Made by a program: the position numbers and the translations under genes
Source of the DNA: Halodesulfurarchaeum sp.
GTDB taxonomy: Archaea > Halobacteriota > Halobacteria > Halobacteriales > Halobacteriaceae
NCBI GenBank assembly: GCA_034520565.1
Contig: JAXHNL010000002.1
Span: 192,001 to 256,000 of the forward strand
Length of the DNA: 64,000 bases
Reading direction: 5' to 3'
In this document: positions 58,357 to 64,000 of the stretch, piece after piece
How the letters are laid out: each line of letters starts with the position of its first letter
Position numbering within the stretch: position 1 is the first letter of the stretch
The notes under the pieces: generated by a model
Seen by the model: the letters and a program-made list of their open reading frames with translations, nothing else
The model's database searches: none
Told to the model about the DNA's origin: nothing

Positions 58357-59580
58357 TCAGCCGAAGAGGCCGCCGAAGAGCCGTGCGATGAACGAACCAC
58401 CACCCGAGGAGTCCCCGGCGTCCTCGCTCGTCGATTTCGTCGGGCCCGGAACCACGTCCACGTCATCCCGGTCCCCATCGTCGGTCCCGTTCGTCTCGTC
58501 TTCCCCTGTGTCGAGGTCCGCACGTGTTTCTCCATCGTCTCCGCTCTCGACGGCGACCACGTCTTCCGTCGGGGGCGCCCCACCCGCATCGGATTCGCCG
58601 GCTGTCGCTTCGTCCCCGGCTGGCTCGTCCTCCATGGTTTCGAGCCGCTCGGCGATCCCCGCTGCCGGGGTGTCTTCTGGCTCCGCGTCATCGAGGTCAG
58701 TCCCCGCTGGTTCCGCCGATTCGGCGGCCGGTGTCTCGACTGCCGGGGAGTCCGCTGTGCCTTCGGGGGTCGTTTCCCCGGATGCTGGCTCGGACGACTC
58801 GGGAGCCGGGTCCGCGGGGACACTCGTCCCGACGGGGTCTTCGCTCTCCTCGACCCAGTCGCGAGGTAACGGCTCCCCGAGCAGGCTGTAGGCGATCTCC
58901 CGGTAGGACTGGGCGGCGGGGCTCTCCCGGTCGATCGACACGAGCGGGGTGCCCTCGTCCATGCTCATCTGGATCGCCCCGTCCTCCGGAACCGCCCCCA
59001 ACACGGAGAGATCGAGGCGATCGGAGACCACCTCGGGGGTCGCCCGGCCGGCACCGCCGATGCGCGTGACGATCATTCCCTCGACGGTGCCACCGATCCG
59101 TTCGACGAGTTCCGTGGTCAGTTCGGCGTTGGTGATCGCGGCGTCGGCCGGCGTCGTGACGACGATGACCCCGTCCGCGATTCCCAGAGGGACAGTCACG
59201 TCGTGGCTCAACCCCCCACCGCCGTCGAGAACCACGACGTCGTATCGCTCCCGGAGGTCATCCACGACCCCCCGCAGGTTCGCCGGGTCGGCCCGGCCGT
59301 AGTCCTCGAGGCCCGGGCTCCCGACGACGGCGTCGAAGTCGCCCGGAGCCGACACGACCGCCTCATCGATCGACGCCTCGCCGGCGAGCACGTCGTGAAG
59401 GGTCGTCTCGACCGAACCGACGTCGAGGAAGTCGCCGAGGTTGGCCATCCCCAGATCGACGTCGACCACCACGACCGAGCGACCTGCCTCCACGAACGCC
59501 GCGCCGAGGTTGACCGCAGTCGTGGTCTTGCCGACCCCGCCTTTTCCGCTTGCCACGGCGTACACGTGCCCTTCGGTCAT
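58357..59580 (-). CDS. minD: MinD/ParA-family ATPase with long acidic C-terminal extension
   Basis: ASGKGGVGKTT, DVDLGMANL, VPED; C-terminal SFIARLFGGLFG membrane-targeting-like helix. Confidence 0.9.
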   Translation of the reverse strand: MTEGHVYAVASGKGGVGKTTTAVNLGAAFVEAGRSVVVVDVDLGMANLGDFLDVGSVETTLHDVLAGEASIDEAVVSAPGDFDAVVGSPGLEDYGRADPANLRGVVDDLRERYDVVVLDGGGGLSHDVTVPLGIADGVIVVTTPADAAITNAELTTELVERIGGTVEGMIVTRIGGAGRATPEVVSDRLDLSVLGAVPEDGAIQMSMDEGTPLVSIDRESPAAQSYREIAYSLLGEPLPRDWVEESEDPVGTSVPADPAPESSEPASGETTPEGTADSPAVETPAAESAEPAGTDLDDAEPEDTPAAGIAERLETMEDEPAGDEATAGESDAGGAPPTEDVVAVESGDDGETRADLDTGEDETNGTDDGDRDDVDVVPGPTKSTSEDAGDSSGGGSFIARLFGGLFG

Positions 59581-59626
59581 TAGTGTGGTTTCCGCGTTTC
59601 CAACCTTAAAGGGTTGGGGCACGGCT

Positions 59627-60797
59627 TCAGGATTCGCCGGTCATGGCCGCGATGATCCGGTCGCCGAACTCCTCGATTGAAACGCCGTCGGATGGACCCA
59701 GCCCGTTCATGTGCTCGAGCGAGAGTTGTCCACCGCCCATCCGTGCATGACCCCCGGCCCCGGCCATGGGAATGTCATCGACCACCCCGTCGAGCACGTC
59801 GCCCATGTGCACCCGGTCGTCGCGCGAGCGGCCCGAGAGGTGCAACGTCCCTTCTTCTTCCCCCATGACCGACGACGGCAGTCACGCCCTCGAGGTGCAG
59901 GAGTTCATCGGCCGCCTGGGGAATCGCGTCCACGTTCGAGACCTCGCCCACGTAGCTCACCACGAATGGCCCCTCCTTTCGGCGATTTTCGATGGCGCCT
60001 GCCTTCACATCGAGCACTTCGGCGTCGACCTCGGGGGAGGCGATACGATCGAGGAGGTCCTCGTCGATGCCGGGATAGAGAAAAGAGCTGGCCTCGAACT
60101 CGGCGGCCGAACAGCCCCGCGAGAGGTGGTTCGTATCCGAGAGAATGCCGTAGAGGAGCCCGGTTGCGACGGGGATCGGGAGCGTCCGTTCGGGAGCTGT
60201 CTCGCCAGTGTCGGGTTCGTAGCCCAGATCCTCGAGGTACTCGGCGACGATCGTCGCACAGGCCCCGTAGTTCTGCCGGACGTCAGTGAAGGCGCTTCCC
60301 GTTCCGTCTCCGGGGTGGTGGTCGATGACGGCAAGCGGTTCGACGTCGCTCGCACCGGTGAGGCCCCGTACTTCGTTGTGGTCGACGAGGACGACGTCTC
60401 CATCGAGATCCGCTGTGTCCTCGATCCCGTCGACGTCGAGGCCGAGGACGGTGCGGAAGGCCCGGTTCTCCTGGTGACGGATCTCCCCCGGATAGCGGAT
60501 CGTGGTCTCGACCCCCGCGTCCTCGGCGATGTGTGCGATTCCCATGGCCGCGGCCATCGCGTCCGGGTCCGGATTGGGATGAAGGAGGAGGGTGATCGAC
60601 TCGCGGCCCGAAAGCACCCGTTTGAGGCGGGCGCCCGCGGAGCGACGATAGTACCGAACTGCCAGCCACGCGCCCCCGAGGGCGAAGAGCAGAACGATCG
60701 CAATCGCCCCCGCGAGGAGCGGGTTCTCGGCGACCCATCGGCTGACGGTTTCGAGGAGTTGCCCACCTGTCCCCGAGACCGCTGGTGACCACGGCAT
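59627..60797 (-). pseudogene. Membrane-anchored DHH-family phosphoesterase with a +1 frameshift near 59869-59870 (possibly a sequencing error)
   Basis: HPNPDPDA, VDHN, IDHH, GILSDT; removing one G gives VTAVVVMGEEEGTLHLSGRSRD...AGGHARMGGG (DHHA1). Confidence 0.85.
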
Positions 60798-60939
60798 ACG
60801 CCCAAGGATAACTCGGCCATGGGTTAAGAACTTTCAGGGGTGTAGCAACCGGGGCCCGGTCAGTTAACTCGGTCCCGTCCCGGGGCCGGGATTCCGGCAG
60901 TTTAACTGTCTTCGTGGAGAATTACACATAACTAACCAC

Positions 60940-62199
60940 ATGAGCTCGGATTCGCAGGGCGAGTCGACGGGGCACTCGGACCGCCGGAAGTACGAGTTCA
61001 GGAAGGTCATCGAGGACCTGAAAGAACATACCGGCAGCGGGACGCAACTCGTCAGCATCTACGTGCCCCCGGACATGCTGATCTCCGACGTGGTCGCCCA
61101 CGTCACCCAGGAGTACAGCGAAGCATCGAACATCAAGTCGAAGCAGACCCGGACGAACGTGCAGGACGCCCTCTCCTCCATCAAGGCCCGCCTGAAGTAC
61201 TACGACACGAAGCCGCCGGATCGCGGCATGGTGCTCTTTTCCGGGGCCGTCGACGAGGGCGGCGGGCAAACGAAGATGGTAACCGAGACCCTCGAGAACC
61301 CGCCGGACCCGATCGAGTCGTTCCGCTATCACTGCGACTCGGAGTTCCTGACCGAGCCGCTGGAACACATGCTCGCGGACAAGGGCCTCTACGGGCTCAT
61401 CGTCCTCGACCGCCGGGAGGCAAACGTCGGCTGGCTCAAGGGCAAGCGCGTCGAACCCGTCAAGTCCGCCTCCTCGCTCGTCCCGGGCAAGCAGCGCAAA
61501 GGTGGCCAGTCCGCCCAGCGATTCGCCCGGCTCCGCCTCGAGGCCATCGACAACTTCTACCAGGAGATCGCCGAGATGGCGGACGAACTCTTCGTCCCGG
61601 AGCGTCACGAACTCGACGGCATCCTCGTCGGCGGGCCCTCGCCCACCAAGGACGAGTTCCTCGACGGCGATTACCTCCATCACGAACTCCAGGAGACGGT
61701 CCTCGGGAAGTTCGACGTGGCCTACACCGACGAGTCGGGGCTCTACGACCTCGTCGACAAGGGTCAGGAGGCGCTCGCGTCCGCCGAACTCACCGCGGAC
61801 AAACAGGACATGGAGGAGTTCTTCAAGGAACTCCACGGCGGGGACCAGGCGACCTACGGGTTCGGGCCGACCCGCGAGAACCTCATCATGGGGTCAGTCG
61901 AGACCCTCCTTCTCTCAGAAGACCTCCGAAAGGACGTGGTGACCTACGAGTGTCCCGCAGAGCACACCGACCGCGAACTGGTCGATCCGCGTCACGAGAC
62001 CCCCGAGCACACCTGTGAGGAGTGTGGGAAAGAACCCGAGTCGGTCGAACGCGATGACGCCATCGAACACTTGATGGCCATCGCCGAACAGCGGGGGACC
62101 GAGACCCACTTCATCTCGACTGATTTCGAAAAGGGCGAGCAGCTCCTGACTGCCTTCGGCGGGATCGCCGGCATTCTTCGGTACCGGACCGGCGTGTAG
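60940..62199 (+). CDS. prf1: Peptide chain release factor aRF1
   Basis: NIKS, YxCxxxF (YHCDSEF), GGQS, GIAGILRY. Confidence 0.97.
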   Translation: MSSDSQGESTGHSDRRKYEFRKVIEDLKEHTGSGTQLVSIYVPPDMLISDVVAHVTQEYSEASNIKSKQTRTNVQDALSSIKARLKYYDTKPPDRGMVLFSGAVDEGGGQTKMVTETLENPPDPIESFRYHCDSEFLTEPLEHMLADKGLYGLIVLDRREANVGWLKGKRVEPVKSASSLVPGKQRKGGQSAQRFARLRLEAIDNFYQEIAEMADELFVPERHELDGILVGGPSPTKDEFLDGDYLHHELQETVLGKFDVAYTDESGLYDLVDKGQEALASAELTADKQDMEEFFKELHGGDQATYGFGPTRENLIMGSVETLLLSEDLRKDVVTYECPAEHTDRELVDPRHETPEHTCEECGKEPESVERDDAIEHLMAIAEQRGTETHFISTDFEKGEQLLTAFGGIAGILRYRTGV

Positions 62200-62227
62200 C
62201 CTGTTCGGCTGGGACTTCGGAGAAGCG

Positions 62228-64000
62228 TTACTCGGCCCACTCCACGCCGGTGATCTCGAAGCGGGCCCCACCGGACTCACTATCGGTGATCGCGATTTCC
62301 CAGTCGTGGGCCTCGGCGATCTCCTGGACGATGCTCAGGCCGAAGCCCGTCCCGTCCTCACGGGTCGAGTGGCCCGCCTCGAAGACGTTCTCGCGATCCG
62401 ATTCGGGAATTCCCGGCCCGTCGTCCGCGACAAAGAATCCATCGGAGAGGGAACCGACCGTAATGGTGACCGACGGGCCGCCGTGGTCGATCGCGTTTCG
62501 CAGGAGGTTTTCGAGGAGTTGTTCGAGGCGACTCCGGTCCGCCCGAATCCGGCCGTCGACGTCGACCGCGAGGGTCGCCTCGCTCGTCTCGACGTGTTCC
62601 CAGCCAGTCCGGCACAGGTCCCCCAGGTCGACGACCTCCAGCTGCTGGACCCGTTTTCCCGCCCTGGCGAGCGAGAGCATGTCCCCGACCAGATCCAGAC
62701 TGCGGTCGGTCGCGGATTGGGCCGCCTCGAGGTGGGTCGTCTCGCCGGTCTCCCTGGCGAGTTCGATCCGGCCCCGGGCCACGTTGAGCGGGTTGCGCAA
62801 GTCGTGTGAGACCACGCTTGCGAACTCGTCAAGTCGCTCGTTCCGGAGTTCGAGTTCCCGTTCGTATTCGAGCCGCTCGGTGACGTCCCGGGCGATCGCC
62901 ACCACGTACTCCGTTTCGAGGTCGACGGTCGTCAGGTTGACCTCGACCGGAATCGTCTCGCCGTCTTTGCGGACTTGGATTCCCTCGAAACGCAGTTGTC
63001 CCCGCTCGCGGACCGTCTCGACGTGAGTGGCCCACTCCTCGACGGTATCGAAAGACGCCTCGATGTCAGGGACCTGCAGCGATTCGAGTTCCGCCCGCGA
63101 GTAGCCCAGCCGGTCGGCTGCGGTCCGATTCGCGTACGTGATCTCTCCGGTTTCGGCGTCCGCGACCGTGATGAGATCACTCGACTCGTCGATCAGCTTC
63201 TGGAACAGCTCGAGGTTGGCCTCGTGAGCCTTTTGGTCGCTGATGTCGGTCTGGATCGCGACGAACTCCTCGATCTCCCCCGTCTCGTCGTAGATCGGTG
63301 CGATCGTCTGGTTCGCGTAGTACAGTTCGCCGCCCTGCTTCCGGTTGATGATCTCCTCCTCCCAGACTGCCCCGTCGAGGATCGTCTCCCAAAGGTCCGC
63401 GTAGTAGGCCCGATCCATCTCGCCGGACTTCAGAATGCGAGGGTTCGCGCCGAGGGCCGCCTCCCGGTCGTAGCCGGTCATTTCCTCGAAGGCGGGGTTG
63501 GCGTACTCGATGGTGCCGTCCCGGTCGGTGACGTAGATGGCGTGGCCGGCGGACTCGGTGGCCTTCTCGAACCGTTCGAGATCCCGCTCTCGCTCGATCC
63601 GATCCGTTATGTCCGCGAAAATGGCGGCAACCTGACCCGGCCGGGGTGAAAACGCGGAGACCCGAAAGTGGTGATCGAATCCGGGAATGGACGTCTCGAA
63701 GCGGACCGACTCGCCGGTCTCGATTACGGCCGCCAGTCGGTCCAGGTTCGGTGGCTCCTCGGTCCCCAGGAGGGCCGTGACCCGTTCCCCGACGATCGCC
63801 GATTTCGACACGTCGAAGAGCTCCTCGACCGCCGCGTTCGCGTCGATGATCTCGTAGTCGACCGGGTCGCCAGTCTCGTCCCTGCACAGTTCACACAGGA
63901 CCGCCCCCTCGTTCAGCTCCTCGAAAAGCGTCCGGTAACGTTCCTCCGCAGCCGTCAGTTGTTCTTGGGCCCGCCGGTGCTCGACGGCGTTCACGACCCG
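62228..64000 (-). CDS. Multi-PAS sensor histidine kinase, 5' end outside the window
   Basis: Three PAS repeats, H-box SHDLRNPLN, ENLLRNAIDH, DDGPGIP, GTGFGL; frame open to the window end. Confidence 0.92.
   Translation of the reverse strand, partial: RVVNAVEHRRAQEQLTAAEERYRTLFEELNEGAVLCELCRDETGDPVDYEIIDANAAVEELFDVSKSAIVGERVTALLGTEEPPNLDRLAAVIETGESVRFETSIPGFDHHFRVSAFSPRPGQVAAIFADITDRIERERDLERFEKATESAGHAIYVTDRDGTIEYANPAFEEMTGYDREAALGANPRILKSGEMDRAYYADLWETILDGAVWEEEIINRKQGGELYYANQTIAPIYDETGEIEEFVAIQTDISDQKAHEANLELFQKLIDESSDLITVADAETGEITYANRTAADRLGYSRAELESLQVPDIEASFDTVEEWATHVETVRERGQLRFEGIQVRKDGETIPVEVNLTTVDLETEYVVAIARDVTERLEYERELELRNERLDEFASVVSHDLRNPLNVARGRIELARETGETTHLEAAQSATDRSLDLVGDMLSLARAGKRVQQLEVVDLGDLCRTGWEHVETSEATLAVDVDGRIRADRSRLEQLLENLLRNAIDHGGPSVTITVGSLSDGFFVADDGPGIPESDRENVFEAGHSTREDGTGFGLSIVQEIAEAHDWEIAITDSESGGARFEITGVEWAE

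Overview
High-GC DNA encoding acidic proteins, from a haloarchaeal (Halobacteria) chromosome. The signature is clear: PGF-CTERM protein, fused-doublet histone, aRF1, CCA enzyme, phosphomevalonate decarboxylase, tRNA-Ile2(CAT). Positions 1-22 kb form a methylated-glycine/C1 catabolic cluster: metF (partial), folD, etfBA, a dimethylglycine dehydrogenase-type flavoprotein, an AOR homolog lacking Fe-S cysteines, a stand-alone corrinoid methyl carrier, a BCCT transporter and folCP. Two tandem small paralogs, btuF and a cobinamide-salvage operon follow. This suggests anaerobic, B12-dependent glycine-betaine demethylation. A ~5 kb AT-richer island (29.3-34.4 kb) is bracketed by a duplicated 3' end of the azf gene. 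The rest is mostly housekeeping: ABC/ECF transporters, pitA, volactin, rpa-hstA-cca, ribKB, taw1, argS, minD, prf1 and sensor kinases. There are three tRNAs, two of them followed by palindromic repeats containing copies of the adjacent tRNA's own 3' sequence. Three genes carry single-base frameshifts in or at short G runs, possibly sequencing errors. All calls are from manual motif recognition; no database searches were run.
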